A stretch of 64,000 nucleotides of DNA from the human T2T-CHM13v2.0 reference genome, Homo sapiens. The stretch lies in NCBI RefSeq assembly GCF_009914755.1, contig NC_060928.1, one strand, 5' to 3'. Positions 1 to 15,301 of the stretch are shown in pieces; positions within the stretch are counted from its first letter, which is position 1; every line of letters starts with the position of its first letter. The notes beneath the pieces were generated by a model that saw only the letters and a list, made by a program, of their open reading frames with translations, was not told where the DNA came from and ran no database searches. Both the position numbers and the translations under genes were made by a program.

Positions 1-547
1 GACTTCTTTAAAATATTTTTCCACAAAATGACATGAGGAAAGAAGTTAAACCTATCAAATTAAAGATATGTCATATATATGTGTGTATATATATATATTA
101 TAATTACATAAATATACTCAAAGGAGAAGATGTGATAGTAACAGCACATTACAGGAAACGCATTGGTCCCTTCTGCTAAGGGATGAGATATCCGTAGTAG
201 GTATCTCATCAGGATGGCTTCTTGCAATCTTTCAAAAAGTTATATCTGAAACCCACAAAACCCCAGGAATTCACCTTTATGAAGACTTAAATACTAATAT
301 TTCTTCTTTCTAAAAACTTACACAAATTGCTTTTTCTGATAAAATATAGGACAATAGGCAAAGTAAATGTGGGCTGTTCAAGCAGCAGAAATTATATAGC
401 AGATCATTCAACAGTTGCTGTAACTCACTCATAAGACGATCCTAGAGAGGTCAGCAGGCTTCCAGTATTGTATTTCCCAATGAAGTCTCATTGAAATATT
501 TTAAAATAAAGTAACACTTGTTCATTAGTCTTACATCTTGTTAGGAG

Positions 548-599
548 CTCGGCCTCCCCAAAGTGTTGGAAATACAGGCGTGAGCTGCTGCGCCCGGCC
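548..599 (-). mobile_element. Isolated ~50-bp Alu 5'-end fragment
   Basis: ctcggcctccccaaagtgttggaaatacaggcgtgagctgctgcgcccggcc is the reverse complement of the first ~50 nt of Alu; no body or tail follows. Confidence 0.85.
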
Positions 600-2639
600 G
601 GTTGTTAGATGCTTCTATAATTTTTCCTTTTCCGTTTTTGTTTTTGTTTTTTTTTTTTTTGGTGTTTTTGGGTGGGGAGGGGAAGGCTGAGATTCACTTA
701 GAGTACACGGCTGCTAACTGCCAGTGACAAGGAAAGCCTAAGTACCTCTGATTTGCCTGGGGCTGTACTCCCACACAGCCTCGGGACTACTTCCAATAAC
801 TTCCAACACTCTCTAATTGGGAAAGTAATTCTCATGGCACAATTTTATCAGGGAAACAAAACAAAGCCAAAATGGTAAGATAAAAATGTGACAATAAATT
901 CTATTATAACTGTTACTCCAAATTATAGTAATATGCAAATTATAGGGCTTTCACTTGAACAACAACCACAATAGCCAGCAACAAGAACTACAGCCTATCC
1001 TGGTATATCTCTCCCTGCAAAATACAAATTTATAACTAATGAGGCAGACATAAATAAAAATGCCAAGTCAGTCCAACTCAACAATTAAAGAAACCATACT
1101 TATTTTTGTTTTTCCTTTATACCTCTGGTAAATCCTCAAAAAGAATCATTAGAATATAGTTCAAGCAAACAACTGCTTCAATTTTTCTGAAGGAAAGGTT
1201 TGACTACTCTTGGATACGAATGAAAGGAGTTCCTCTGAAAAATGGAACAATGCAGGTCCATACGCATATAGACTTCAATTAAAATGATGGTATCCATTTC
1301 TGTCCTCATATAATGTTCCCAGAAAAGAATAATATTAACGTAAAAAATGAATATATATACAGTGTAGGTAGGAGTATTCAGGATTTATTTCTATGTAGTT
1401 TGTAAACCCAATTTGCATAGATAAAACTGAGATAATTTGAGACACCCTATTAACATTCCAGAAAGACTCAAGCACCATAATAAACAAGTAATTTGGAAGG
1501 TCTTATTTTCTAGTTTCATTTTATTCAATTTTCCAGGATAATTATATTACAATATTTTAATTTGTCATTTCTTACAATCTGCCCCTTTCTTTCAAAATTA
1601 ACAATTTTTAAAAGATGTTAAGTAATATTGGTAACATCTTACACATACACACACATACATGGTGGCAAATTCATTAAATCAAATTGAGATACAAAAAACT
1701 TAACTAAAAATAGTGTTACATTTTAGAGTTTATATTCCAGTTTACTGGCAAATACTTATTTTATGCCAAAAAAAGTCTGAGATAAAACTGAAATAACATT
1801 TAAGGTAGACTTACGCCTCAACAAAACCAGTCTATAGTTATGACCAATGTGAATCGTAATCCTTTCCAAAGTAACTATCTTTTGAATATTGACTGCAAGA
1901 ACAAAAAATAAATAGTCAAAGTAAGTCCTATATTACCAGAGTTTTGTAAAATTATCAATGAGAAAAATGCATGAGATAGTTACATGTGAAAAACAATACT
2001 AGTTTTTTCCATAAACCATAAACTTGTGTCAACATTATTATACAAGATTTTCATTGAGCAATAATAATTTGAATTTGTTAGGCAGATTCTGGGAACATTC
2101 TTCAATACTGTTTTAAAAATATTACCCAATCCCTTGCTTTTTTCCCACTAATACAATTTCACCAATTGAATAAGAGAAAACACCCAGAGTTTAGCATCTG
2201 AGTGTCCCCAGAAAGTCACATTGGTGTCAAAAAATCTTGATATTAAATATTATTCTATAGGTCTAAAAATATTTGTGTAATAATGCTGTATAAAATTTGT
2301 AGTAATATATGCTTATTATTAGAAATAGTTACAAGAATAACTCAACATAGAAATGATTTTTCAACCTAATTCAACAAATATCTATTATTGTTTGATAGAA
2401 AATATGGAAGATATTCAAGCCTTATTTCCATGGATGACCAATAATTTCACAGTGGAATTGGCTCTAGTAGTATTGACTAGAATCTTTCTACAAGCAGGGC
2501 ATTAAACTATTTAATAATTGGTGTCAGCAAAATTTACTGTCTACTAGAATGAAACACACCACCTGAATACCCCACACCTAATAATTCTCCATGGATTTAA
2601 AAAATTATTTCAAAAGACATTATGAAAATAATAATTTAA

Positions 2640-3250
2640 AATAATAAAATATTTACATGAAAATTAACAGAAAAGGGTTTGCATCCACAATATTAAAAAG
2701 GACCTAGAAATTGATGAGAAAATAATAGAGCATTCAATGAAAAAAAGACAAAGAATATTAATAGGCAATTTCCAGAAAAGGAAATAAAATATAAAACTTT
2801 GAAGGGTCATCAAATCAAATTGAGTCATAGTTGGAGAAATGCTAATTTAGGCAAAAACAGAACTGATCCCATATTGCACTGAACATACTTACCACACTTA
2901 AAAGATCAACAAAAATCTGTCTTAATCAGGATTGGGGAAATGACATTTTCATGTATCCTTGGTAGAAATGAGCCTTTTAATCATTCCTATGGAAGGTAAT
3001 CTGACAATAGCTGTTAAATTTAGTAGTGGCTTAGTAATATCACTTTGGCAATGTATTATATAGAAATCAAAATCAAACTACTTGTAATCCTATATGAGGT
3101 TGTAGTCTTGATGTGTCCAAAAAAACAAAAACAACACTGAGAAAAAATAATTTGAGAATTTGTTAAATTAATTGTGGTACATCTATATAATGAAATAGTA
3201 TGCAGCCTTTAAAAGAACATGGAAAATTGATATCCATTGATTTAAAAGAT
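2640..3250 (+). mobile_element. Old L1M (L1ME-like) 3' region fossil
   Basis: Degenerate L1 3' motifs such as aaagacaaagaatattaataggcaatttccagaaaagg and aattgtggtacatctatataatgaaatagtatgcagcc. Confidence 0.65.
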
Positions 3251-3256
3251 ACAATA

Positions 3257-3380
3257 ATTCATTTATTCAGTATACACACATTTTACTACCTGCCTATTAT
3301 GTGCCCAGCAAAGTTCCAAGCAATGGAGATACATCAAGAGAAAGGGAAGAGATATTTGCCTTTGTGAATCATATTTTAAT
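3257..3380 (-). mobile_element. L2 3' end fossil
   Basis: attcatttattcag...tacctgcctattatgtgcccagcaaagttccaagcaatggagataca resembles the reverse L2 terminus. Confidence 0.6.
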
Positions 3381-4413
3381 GTAATTTAAATGTGAAAGTA
3401 TGTAGTAGAATATTTTACGATATATTTTTGTTAAAATAAAAAATAAAATTTATTGATAAAAAATATATCTATATGTTTAGATCAGAAAAAAGAAACATAG
3501 GACATATACACGGGCTTTTACAAATCACTATTATCACAGAACAAATGAGGACATGGAAATGGATTAAGGAAATGTACATATTTTCTTTGTATATTACTTG
3601 CGTGTGTGCATTCTCGATTGAGAGGACACTGTAATACATTTGTAATTTTGGAAGATCATACTTAAAGCAAGACTTTTTAAAAGTTTGCAAATAATTTCAT
3701 GGCAAAACCTTTATCATGGTGAAAAGAATTTGGTGTCATCTTGCAGTATATTATGTAAAAATTATTCTTATAAAAATTCATTTAATATCTTCTTTTACAG
3801 TACCATCATCTGAACAATTACTTTTCATTCAGCATCAGCTTAGAGTTTCTATGCTTAACTATTTAGGAGTTTCTAATATGTGGACAACAGAATAGTCAAT
3901 GAAATCATTTGAATAGTAACATAAGAAATATTTTCAAATTATAATTATATATCAAATAATGTGGCCAGAGTGTCACATCAGCATTAATTTCTCAATACGT
4001 TATACTGTTTTTGAATCAAGTTTGCTTTTAGAATATACATTTCATAATTCCCTATTCTGTCTACTAGATTACATACTTTTTGAAGTCAGTCATCTTGTAT
4101 TAATTTGGGATGGATTCATTTAAAATTGAAAAGATATTTGACAACCAGCTGGAGCTGGAATGTTATGAACTTAATTTATCTAAGGATTAATAGAATAAAT
4201 ACATTAGAATTAAAATATGGAATTTTATTGTTTGGAAATGATGGTTAACAGTTGAATTATAGGTCTATTGATATTTTTATTTTATTTTTATGTTTAATTC
4301 TCTTTAATAGCATAAATCACTGCAAAGTAAAATATTAAAATGGCATAATTATAGAAAACATATGAAAAAATGAGAATTCTGTATACATGCAAGATAGAAA
4401 AATTACAAAAAGA

Positions 4414-4749
<336 letters not shown>

Positions 4750-5559
4750 TCAGGAAGCAGGAAGATTTTGCCTATGAAATACGTACAAAATATTTAAGCA
4801 ATTATGTTGATTATTTTTCTGTGTTATTATAGATTATGCTGAATGATAAGGTATGCCATCCACTTAATGGACTCCCATTTGTTTGGCCAAAGAAAATAAA
4901 GGATGATTCCAGAAGAAATATTTTTGTTATATATTGACCTATCATTTCAGTTAGGCAAGTTTGAGCAAATGGAATATTATTGTACAGCTTAAGGTTCCTG
5001 TATTTCAAGAATAAGAATGCAAAAGACAAAAACAAATGGAGTCAAACTTTAGACTCTACTTATTTTGAAATTTATGGTGTGAATTTGTTTAGGGGACAAT
5101 GAAAATAATTAAGAAAAAGACCATCACAATAAAAGAATAGCTTAAAAAGCCCTCCAACAGAATATATTGAAGAAGATGGCAAAAAGGAATGTTTCAAAAA
5201 GTAGAATGACTAAGTACAAGTTAATATGAGATAGTAAAGGACTTTTCAATAAAGTGCTAGTTAAAGCAAATAAAAATGCCCAATTCAGGGGAGTCGATAT
5301 AAGAGAAATGGCTAAGGAAGAAAGCAAAGCAATTCCTGATTTTTTGAATGAACCTAATTCAAAATTCAGAAGAAACAAAAACAAAGGATTAAACTATAGC
5401 TACAAAGAAATATTGCTATTTTTGGAAGGAATTCTGAATTGTAATCATGAAGATGGCCTTGCTTTAATTTCTAGAATCTACTCACACTTGTGTTTGATTT
5501 GTGAGAATAACAAATTCCTGTGACATCATGTTCTTATGTAACAATATAAAGTCCTATTT

Positions 5560-5780
5560 TACTGCCCTATTAAGGCATATGTGGAAACGGGAGAAGATTT
5601 TCATTATCACAATGACCTGTAGTCTGAGGCCTGTGACTACTACTAGAATCAAGGACCATGCACCAAGTAGTGGATACTACTGGAATCTAGGACCATGCTT
5701 TAATGTCCTAAGTGCACAGTGAGGAGCACACTTAAAGTATTATCCCCATCAAATGTCTGTAGTGCTTCTGAAAAGAAACA
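5560..5780. mobile_element. hAT-Charlie MITE fossil (MER3/MER20-like)
   Basis: Loose resemblance: ttttcattatcacaatgac...ctactggaatcta...ccccatcaaatgtctgtagtgc. Confidence 0.4.
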
Positions 5781-6430
5781 CAGGCTGAATGACCCTTACA
5801 TCTTGAACACAACTGCTTTAAGATTTTAACTTCTTGGGGCATTAAGAAAAAGGTAGACATCAAGTTTACTATTTTAGCCAAAATGCTGAGATATATCCAA
5901 TTGTCAACAATTTAGGAGAATAAGCCTGAAAATAAATCCTGATTGAAAGAATGTAAAACTATGAGTTTACTGTGCAAGGAGACTTCAAAAAGATTATGGA
6001 AAATATATATTATGGAAAAACTGTGCATGGATTTTGAATTTTTTTTGTATCAAAATAAACTTGTACCAGCTTTTGATAACATGTCTAAATAAGATTTAGG
6101 TTGAGGCAGTAAGAAGGATAAGAGAATCAGTTTGAAAAGCATCCCAATCAGAGCAACATTAATTCTGCTAAAATTAAAGAAAGAACAGACATCTAACTTA
6201 CTTAACTTACGGTGAGACTTGGATGGAAGAATGGTGAAATCACTAATGCTTTACAAAAACTTTAATGGGGATAATGCCCTATTAGAAATTAGTAGTTTCC
6301 AAATCAATAACTTGTTTTAAGAAGGGACAAGATGATGTTGAAGATGAAGCCCACAGCAGCTGATCATCTACATCAACTTGTGAGAAGAAATCCTGTTGGT
6401 GCCCCAATTGAAAAGGATCAATGATTAACA

Positions 6431-7134
6431 GAGATTTATAGAGCACCCTTGACATGAGTGAATCCATCTTGAGAGACAACTCCATCTTAAATTTCAAAAG
6501 TCATCAAGCCAACAGTGTCCAGATGTTCCTTCAATCAATAGACAATACCCAACCAAAGAAGGACATAATCCTTTACTATCAGTCCTCACCAGAGGACTCA
6601 AGGGTCACAAAGTAAATAGGACTTTAGCAGCTAAACATGGTCATCTTGATAGACCCCATCTTGCTGTTACTCATGATCAGCACCCGGCTTCTGACACCAA
6701 ACACTCTGCCCAAATCAAAGACTCTTCCTTGAAAAGCATTGACTACTGTCTGGATCAGGCCAGGACACTTTCTTTGTCAACATCACTCTTCTTTGACTGG
6801 TTTATTTTAACTCTCTTTCCTATCCCCCTTTTTTTTTTGATGTTAAATGTTACCGTGCTTTGTGTAAAATCTTAATCTATAATATTTATATACTGATTAT
6901 GTATACTACTAGGTATGGTTTACAATGTGGACTGACCTGTGGAGAGGCTTGATCCTGTGTGCCCATGGTTCTGACTACCAAGTTAATGGGTAGTAATAAG
7001 GAGACTTGCTTCCTTGGGAGCTCCATGTAGCTTGAGGCATTTGTGATTAAAAATAACATCAATAAAAATTTGACTTTGTGAAAAAACACAAACGTGTGGA
7101 TTTAATTATGTCTGATCTTGCGCCACTCACAACA
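6431..7134 (+). mobile_element. ERV1 (MER4-group, MER72/LTR47-like) solo LTR inserted in HSMAR2
   Basis: ~700 bp interrupting collinear transposase sequence; tccatctt repeats near the 5' end, aataaa near 7061, ends ...cgccactcacaaca. Confidence 0.75.
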
Positions 7135-7842
7135 ACAACACAAATAATAGCCAATACCATAGACATCTCAATTGGTCCAGTTTCCACAATTCTGACTGAA
7201 AAATTAAAATTGAGCAAACTTTCCCTGAATGGGTGCCAAAATTGTTGTACCCAGATCAAGTGCAGACAAGAGCAAAGTTTTTGATGAAAATTTTAAACAA
7301 ATGGGTTCAAGATCCTGAAGCATCACTTCAAAGAATTCTATCAGGAAATATAAAGTGTCTTTACCAGTATGATACTAAAGAAAAAGCAAAATGAAAGCAA
7401 TGGCTACCAAGAAGTGGAAGTGGTCCAGTCAAAGCAAAAGCAGATTGATCAAGAGCAAAGGTCATGACAATAGTTTGATGGGATTCTTAAGGCCTCTTGC
7501 TTATTGATTTTCTGAGGCCAAATAACAATGCCATCTGATTATTAGAGAGTGTTTTTATAAAGTTAGCCAAAGCATTAGCAGAAAAATGCCCAGGGAAACT
7601 TCACCCGAGAGTCCTCCCTCCACCATGACAATGCTTCTCTTTTCATCTCTCATCAAACAAGGGCAATTTTGCAAAAGTTTTAACGGGAACTCATTAGACA
7701 TCTAACTTACAGTTCTGATTTAGCTCCTTCTGACTTCTTTTTGTTTTCTAATCTTAAAAAATTGCTAAAGGGCACATATTTTTCTTTAGTCAGTAATGTA
7801 AAAAAGACTATATTGCATGGTTAAATTCCCAGGACTTAAGTT

Positions 7843-8041
7843 GTTTTTGTTTTTGTTTTTTGAGAGTCTCACTCTGTCACCCAGGCTGGAGTGCAGTGGC
7901 AGAATCTCGGCTCACTGCAACCTTTGCCTCTGGGTTCAAGCGATTCTCCTGAGTAGCTGGGATTACAGGTGTGTACCACCACACCCAGCTGTTTTTTTAT
8001 TTTTTTTATTTTTAGTAGAGACATGTTTTCACCATGTTGGT
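7843..8041 (-). mobile_element. 5'-truncated AluS inserted in HSMAR2
   Basis: Reverse Alu right arm, linker and part of left arm; TSD gacttaagtt (7833-7842) / gacttcagtt (8042-8051). Confidence 0.92.
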
Positions 8042-9518
8042 GACTTCAGTTACTTAAGGCTGAACTAAATGGTTGGTGTCATCCACGTGCTTACAAAAGT
8101 CTCTTGGCCTTGATAGAGCATATATTGAAAAATACAATTTATATTTTTATTTTTGCCTTTTAATTTTATTTTTCACATCCTTTTAAAACTCACCTTGCAT
8201 TTTATATGTATTATACTCATAATAGAAATGTTGGCTTGGGAGTATACCATGAATTGTGAAAACTATAATATTTATCAGAAGAAAACAGAAATGTTATGGC
8301 TTGTAAAAAGCAACTCATTCTCTTTGCTATAGAGAAAAGAAAAGTGAAGTTTGGAAAGCTTGTGGTACTTATCCAAAAATACACAATAAAAATGTCCTCC
8401 CTTCCTTCTAACATAATGTTCTTTTCCTCTCAATAAGAATATTTTACGGGTGCATTTTACTTAAAAAATGAATAAAATGAAAATTTAGTTCTAAAAGTGC
8501 CCTAGTGAGTTAAAATGGTAAACAAGAGAAAATCTTAGTCCTTTTAGGTTGGTAGTTCATACATGGACTGTATAGGGTTTTAAAAATATGTATGTGATTC
8601 ACATCTTAGGGTTAGTTAGTTCTGAGTGAAAAAGGAATTATAAATTGTTCTTTCTGTAATTTTGTTAAAGATATCTCAGCCAAAATATATGGCATTTTAA
8701 AGAAATATTCATTTTAGTTGAAATTTCAGTACTTCCACACAACTCCCATGTCTCATGTGTATGGAAAAGTCCCTGGCATCTCTGAGTTCATGACTCATTT
8801 AGAAGATAAGTGGCTATGCAAAAGGCTTATACGATAAGGATTCATATTATTACTGATTGCCATAACAGTAATTCACTTCTGCAGCCAGGCAAATATTTAG
8901 TTTACATTTTAAGAACTGCATTGTAAAGTCTACTCTGTTTTCTTAAGCAACAACAGAATGGGTTATTGGTATTTGCAGTAATCTAATTAGTAGATTTACA
9001 TACTGACTACTTCTTTAATAGTTTCCTTCTGGAAAGGTTCTCTGCATACAAAGTGGGTGTGCATCCTAAAGACAGAATAAAAAGCAAGTGATTCATCCAG
9101 ATGCTTTCCCATTTTGTTATTTAAACTAAAAGTTTTAGAAGTGACAGGGACTCTAAGAATTTTACTTCCATTTTATACCTTCATTTTCATCTGCAGTGCA
9201 TGATTTCAGGTAACAAGCTAGCATACATTTTATGTAATTATTAAGAGTCAGTGTACCTTTCACTATTATTTGATTTTTTAAATATCACATTGTATAGCCA
9301 CTTGCACTCTGGCCTCATTCAGGGTGTTAATGTGTTCTGTTGAACATACTCAGTTTTCAACTACAAAGGGTTGAATTCTTCTTTTGTAGCAACAACACTC
9401 CTTTCTTCGCTACTGAAATCTCCTGAGATTTTGGCACACACTGAACTTCCAGTTGCCCACTCTTTAAAATATATATATAATTTTTAATTTATAGGAATTA
9501 AGTGATTTTAGGTACTCA

Positions 9519-9935
<417 letters not shown>

Positions 9936-9974
9936 TTAGGCATAGCTAAAGAGTATACCCACTGGCTAAAACAA

Positions 9975-10110
9975 AACACAGGTATTATAGTCAGGCAAAA
10001 CTGGGTTCAAATCCTGACTTTGCTACTTAATATCCAGTGGTCTGAAGCAAGTTATTTAGTATCTCTGGGCCTCTTTTTCTAATTCTATAAAACAGGAATA
10101 GCAATGCTAC
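9975..10110 (+). mobile_element. MIR SINE
   Basis: ctgggttcaaatcctgactttgctactta...gcaagttatttagtatctctgggcctc MIR core. Confidence 0.75.
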
Positions 10111-10119
10111 GGTCGAGCA

Positions 10120-10545
10120 TCAGAGAACTAGATGTCCTGATTGTCCGTTCTTAACTTGGCATCACTACAGCCATTTTCTTCTGCATGGCTCCAGGGAAGC
10201 CAGAAACTGCATTTGCTTCAATCCCTTCTCCTTGTAGTTCTCACTTTGCCAAATGGGAGGATCCTAAAAGATCTCAACGTAGGAATAAAAGAAATTTGTA
10301 TTTTCTGCAGTTGGTTGTTGCCAGATGTGTAAGTGGACATGAGACTCCCAGGAGCATTCCTGTGAGCTGTTTGGAGTTTCAGCACAAGATCTTTCCTGTT
10401 TTCTCTGACCTTTAGTGAGTACCGCCTTGACCTTTTCTTGCTCAATCTTTCAACAATTGTGAAAGCTGCTAGTTCCCACATCAGCACCACTACTTTTGGA
10501 TTATATAGAGTCCCTTCTGTGGAACTGAGTAAAATAAACTAATAC
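10120..10545 (+). mobile_element. Old ERVL LTR (LTR33-like) fossil
   Basis: ggaagccagaaactgcatttgcttcaatcccttctcc motif typical of the LTR33/LTR16 group. Confidence 0.45.
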
Positions 10546-10664
10546 ACAGTAACATCAAAAAACAAGATAGAAATTTCAAATATTTGAAGTCAACTGAGTA
10601 TACTGTGAACATGACACATATATTTATTATTAAGGTAGAAAAAAACTACCACTTGTTACTCAAA

Positions 10665-10900
10665 TAATAATACATGTTTATTGAACACTTACTAAGTTTA
10701 ATGCTCTAAGTACTTTAAATTACATACTTATTTAATAGCTACAAGTAACCTTGAAGGTAAGTAGTATATTATTCTATTTTATAAGTCAGAAAACTGAGAC
10801 AGAGAAAGTTTAAGTAAATTGCAGGAGGATATATGGGTTGAGTGGAAAAGTAAAATATCAAAATTCAAAAGTTTCACTCCAAAGCCGCCACAATTCACCA
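10665..10900 (-). mobile_element. MIR SINE
   Basis: tttattgaacacttacta...attctattttataagtcagaaaactgagacagagaaagtttaagtaaattgc. Confidence 0.75.
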
Positions 10901-11656
10901 CAATGAATAATATACTGTCTCAATATCTAACTTTATGCTCATGTCCCACATTTTACATTTTGTGACTGTAATCACTACCTAATGGGGTTTTCTTTTAAAT
11001 GAGGTAGCATTTCCTCAGATATTTAGCATAGAGTGTGCTCCGGAATAGGCATTAAATAAGAGGACATCTATTAACAGTTTTAGCAATGTTATTCTTTTGA
11101 ATATTAAGATTGCCTCTAGTAATTACCATAGTTCATGCAGAGACCTTACCTTACTCATTTCTCTCTTGTAGCACCAAACATAGTGCCTGACATAAGCAGA
11201 ATTGTTCTAGGACTCCTGTTATTAGCGTTTAATAAAATATTGCCGGTAAATTTTGTTTAATTGCCTTATTTATCAATCCAAATTTACATAATTAAAATAC
11301 TCATGGTAAGGCATGAAATAATATTCAGAAATAATAATTGCACTGAATCAAAAGAAGATTTACAAATAAAAAATTCAGATTTTGCACTGCAAGAGACTTC
11401 AATTTGCAAAAGCACAGTTGAGATTACTTGGGAGGGGTCTGGTATGAAAACTATCAGGTTTAATAGAACAAAGGAAATTTGGTATTCCATTCAGATGGTG
11501 ATACAAAATGGCATAATACATAAATGAAATGATATTTCAAAGAGGTATTTCTTAGTAAGGATTGATTGCATTTGTACAACTGATTTATGCTATTAAAATA
11601 GCATTACTTTAGACACTAAAATATAAGCAATACAATATTTTAAAAAGGGACTTATA

Positions 11657-11913
<257 letters not shown>

Positions 11914-14900
11914 TTAGATGAACACACATTTATGTATATATACGTATATACATTTTATGTTGTCACTTAACAATGTTGAAGAAGTCATTTACAAATTATG
12001 CAGTTTAGTTATATAATAATAGTGATCATGATCAATGCATTTCTACATTATAAATTGTACAGTATATTAAATATAAATAAGTACGTATAATTTTGGAAAG
12101 TAATGCAATGTTATCCTAAAATGATCACGTGTCTGTAATTGATAAATTGAAGTTATCGTCAAGAAAATAAGAAATGCTTGGATATACTTTTCTTTAGGTA
12201 CAAGAGAAAAAGAGTTTAATCAAAACTTTCACAAATATTTCCTAGCCCTTTTTTTTCCCTCTTTTATATCAAGACTAATTCTTTTGCAAATGAACTCAAG
12301 ACCATACCTCTTTGATTATTTCTGACATTTTATTAGATGAGATATGCAAAGGTTCTTGGGCTGGGAACATTTACTTAGCTGGTACATCATATGTCTCTAT
12401 AAAAATAGCTGAAATTAGATACGGCTCCTATAGAAACTTTATTTTTTATAATATTAAACTTTTTAACAAGGCTTTTGGTAAAAAGTTTTTCTTTTACATA
12501 ATAATAGTCTTTATTTCTTTTAAGGTTATAAGGGCCAGAAAGAGAAGAGCTGAAAGTCAAATGTACCGGGCTGTATGATATACAGTTTATGTAGAAAATC
12601 TTCAGTCAGTTTCCATGGCAGCTTGCAACTAAATATGTGATAAAATAAATTATTTAAAGTTTAAATTCTCTTTAAATACACTAGAGTTTATACCTCTTGA
12701 AGATAGTAAAGAGTCACTTAAGGCTATTTTACATGTATTAATGTATAGCTTATGAATAAATACCTTTTGTATATATTAAAAAACTGGGCATATTTTATAA
12801 AATTTAAAAGAAAAAAATACCATATTATGTATTGAAGATTCCAAACTCCAACCATGGGAGCTGTCAAGAGGGATATATATTTCATTTGTACCCAATATAA
12901 TTTAAGTTTCACACTCCCCTGCATCTCTGAGATACCAGATTACCTGTGTTTTTTATATCTTATAGCCCACAGCTGACACTTCAGTCACTATGGTAACTAT
13001 ACTGTCTCTTACAGTAATACAAGGCTATATCCATGACCAATAAAATCTTGAACAGGGTTCATAAATAATCCATGTGAAAGTGAATCTTGCTGTCACATTA
13101 GTTTCCGGCTAATCTGGTTTTGGCAAGTGTATAATTATGTTGATGAAATTGGTTTAGTGGATTGTTTACTCTGTCTTCCGTAATGATATAACATGTAGTG
13201 ACAGAAACAAAGTAGCCTTATTGACTGCCAGAGCTGCAAAATGGAAGGAAAAAGTTTGTTCTTTTCTCTTAGAACTAGATTTATAATTGTGAGAGCAAGA
13301 GGATTAAATGGAAAAGCTGCTAATCTAGTAAATCCATGTATGATCTCAAAGTACCATATAGCATCCAAGGATTTTGATATTTATTTTTGATGCACCTCTC
13401 ATTTTTACAAATTGTTCGTGTGTATATTTATTATGCATATATTAACACATGCATATATGTATGTGTATACATATGTGTATATATTTCCCCTCTGAAATGT
13501 TATTTATTTTTTGTGTTTACCATGAGGATAATTGTAACCTTGCTGGTAACATTTTGTTTGTTATCACTTACATATAACAGGCTATTATGTTTTTCAACTT
13601 AATAATGTAGAAATATATTATCAATATTATATATGTCAAAATTAGAGATATATTTTCCTTAATTTCTTTATGCCATGTTTATCACCTTCTGTTGTGTCCA
13701 ATATATGGTATTAATTATTTTAAATATTATTAAACTAACATTAAGTAATGTTCTTGGAAATTGTACTATATGTCAAACAACCTGTGTGGAATTTTATAAA
13801 TTGCACCTAAATTTCTAAAAAACAGAGAAGTGAAGACCGATAATGTAAAATGTGTTAAAATTTTTATAATAAAATATTTAAAACAAACAGCAAGAACAAA
13901 ACAATGAAAACCAAATAAAAATCATGTACAGAAGAAAATAATCTCAGTTTAGTTACTTTGTTGAGTAGTAGAAGTTTTGAAAATATTTTAGCAGTAACTT
14001 ATTTCCCCATATATCTTTCTGTGAGAAATGTATAGTTCTTTAAAATTTAATATTATGTTCAAAAGAGATGATTCTATTTAGATACTGGGCAATGTGGTTC
14101 ACGGCTGAATTTATTTAATTGTTAACACATGAAAATTAAATAGGTCCTGCAAGGGACTCAGTATGAGAGTGTGTTAAAGAGGTTTTAAAAAACTAAAACC
14201 CATTAAGGAAAACATTTGCAACATCTGTTAAGTATACAATATTTTTAAATCTTTAAATCCATATGCCAGAAAAATACTAGGCAATACAAATCCTAAAGCA
14301 ATCTCATTTTATACAAGAATAAGTCTAGTAAAATATAGCTGAACAAATCTTTAAAATACATTGTTTTTCAATTCAAATGAATATATAAAGCAATAATTAA
14401 ATCTGTTTTCATAAGTGAAGCTCAAATTTCATTTTAAAAAATTTTATCTCGTAAATATAGAATCAAGAAAAGATTGTAGTTTTCTAACAAATCTGTGACA
14501 CTGTAATGTTATGCTCAATAGAAAAAAATGCAATTCAAATGGGTAAGGAGAGAGAATCATTTTAAGAATAAAAGAGCACTATAATAGCTCAATTAATAAA
14601 CATGCTTAGTTCTAATGACCTGTTTTGTATTCAGAAACCTTATTTACAGGGGGAAAGTGATTTGAAAGCTATTAAAATATTTTATAATTATTAAAAATAT
14701 AAATAGTCATGAAAATAGCATTAGAAGTACTTGAAACTCCATATTTACATTTTTCTGATAAACAACAAAAGGTTGAGATAGGAGAGGAAGAAAGTCAGTT
14801 GAGCCTGTGTTAGCCAGGTTCTAGTTAAAAGGGGAGGTTCTAGTTTGTGATCTAAATGTAGTTTACCCTGCAGGGCCTGCAAAAAACATTTTGAAAAAGG

Positions 14901-15301
14901 TTATCAACTGAAACTTAAATAGGTCCTTTACAGGTTCCACATTTCTCCTCTCATAACATTTCATTTTTTACCTTACAGAAGACATGCTTATTTAAGCCTT
15001 TCTAATGTGGAAAGAGTTGGAATTACATAAATATCCCATATTCTTTCTTTTTTTTTTTTTTGGCTTTTGTAGTTGTTCATTCAGTATGGATTGACTTCCC
15101 CTTTAGCTGCCTGTTAAATGCTCATATAAAACTTAGCCAACAACTTATCTCCTAGGAAGCCTTTTGTGATTTCAAGAGGTACAGTTGAATACCTTTACTG
15201 CAAATTACTATGTCAATATTTGGTGTGCATTTAATATATGCTGTTGGAAATTGTTTAAGTTAGGGAACCTGACAGCAGACAGCTAATCTTTGCTTTGTAA
15301 C

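Larger units (their letters stand above)
5975..8197 (+). mobile_element. HSMAR2 mariner DNA transposon, near full length, decayed transposase, with two nested insertions
   Basis: Left TIR caaggagacttcaaaaagattatggaaaa and right TIR ttttcacatccttttaaaactcaccttg; transposase remnants include IANTIDISIG..TILTEKLKLSKLS, tgggtgccaaaa (WVPK), HHDNA and YSSDLAPSDF motifs. Confidence 0.92.

Noticed and set aside
182-210. Hairpin gatgagata...tatctcatc
   Set aside because: A 9-bp stem with a short spacer is expected by chance a few times in 64 kb; no supporting context.
5254-5523. 89-aa ORF with protein-like composition (REMAKEESKAIPDFLNEP)
   Set aside because: Starts at GTG, has no clear splice boundaries and no family I recognise. 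A tBLASTn/Dfam search would settle whether it is an old fossil.
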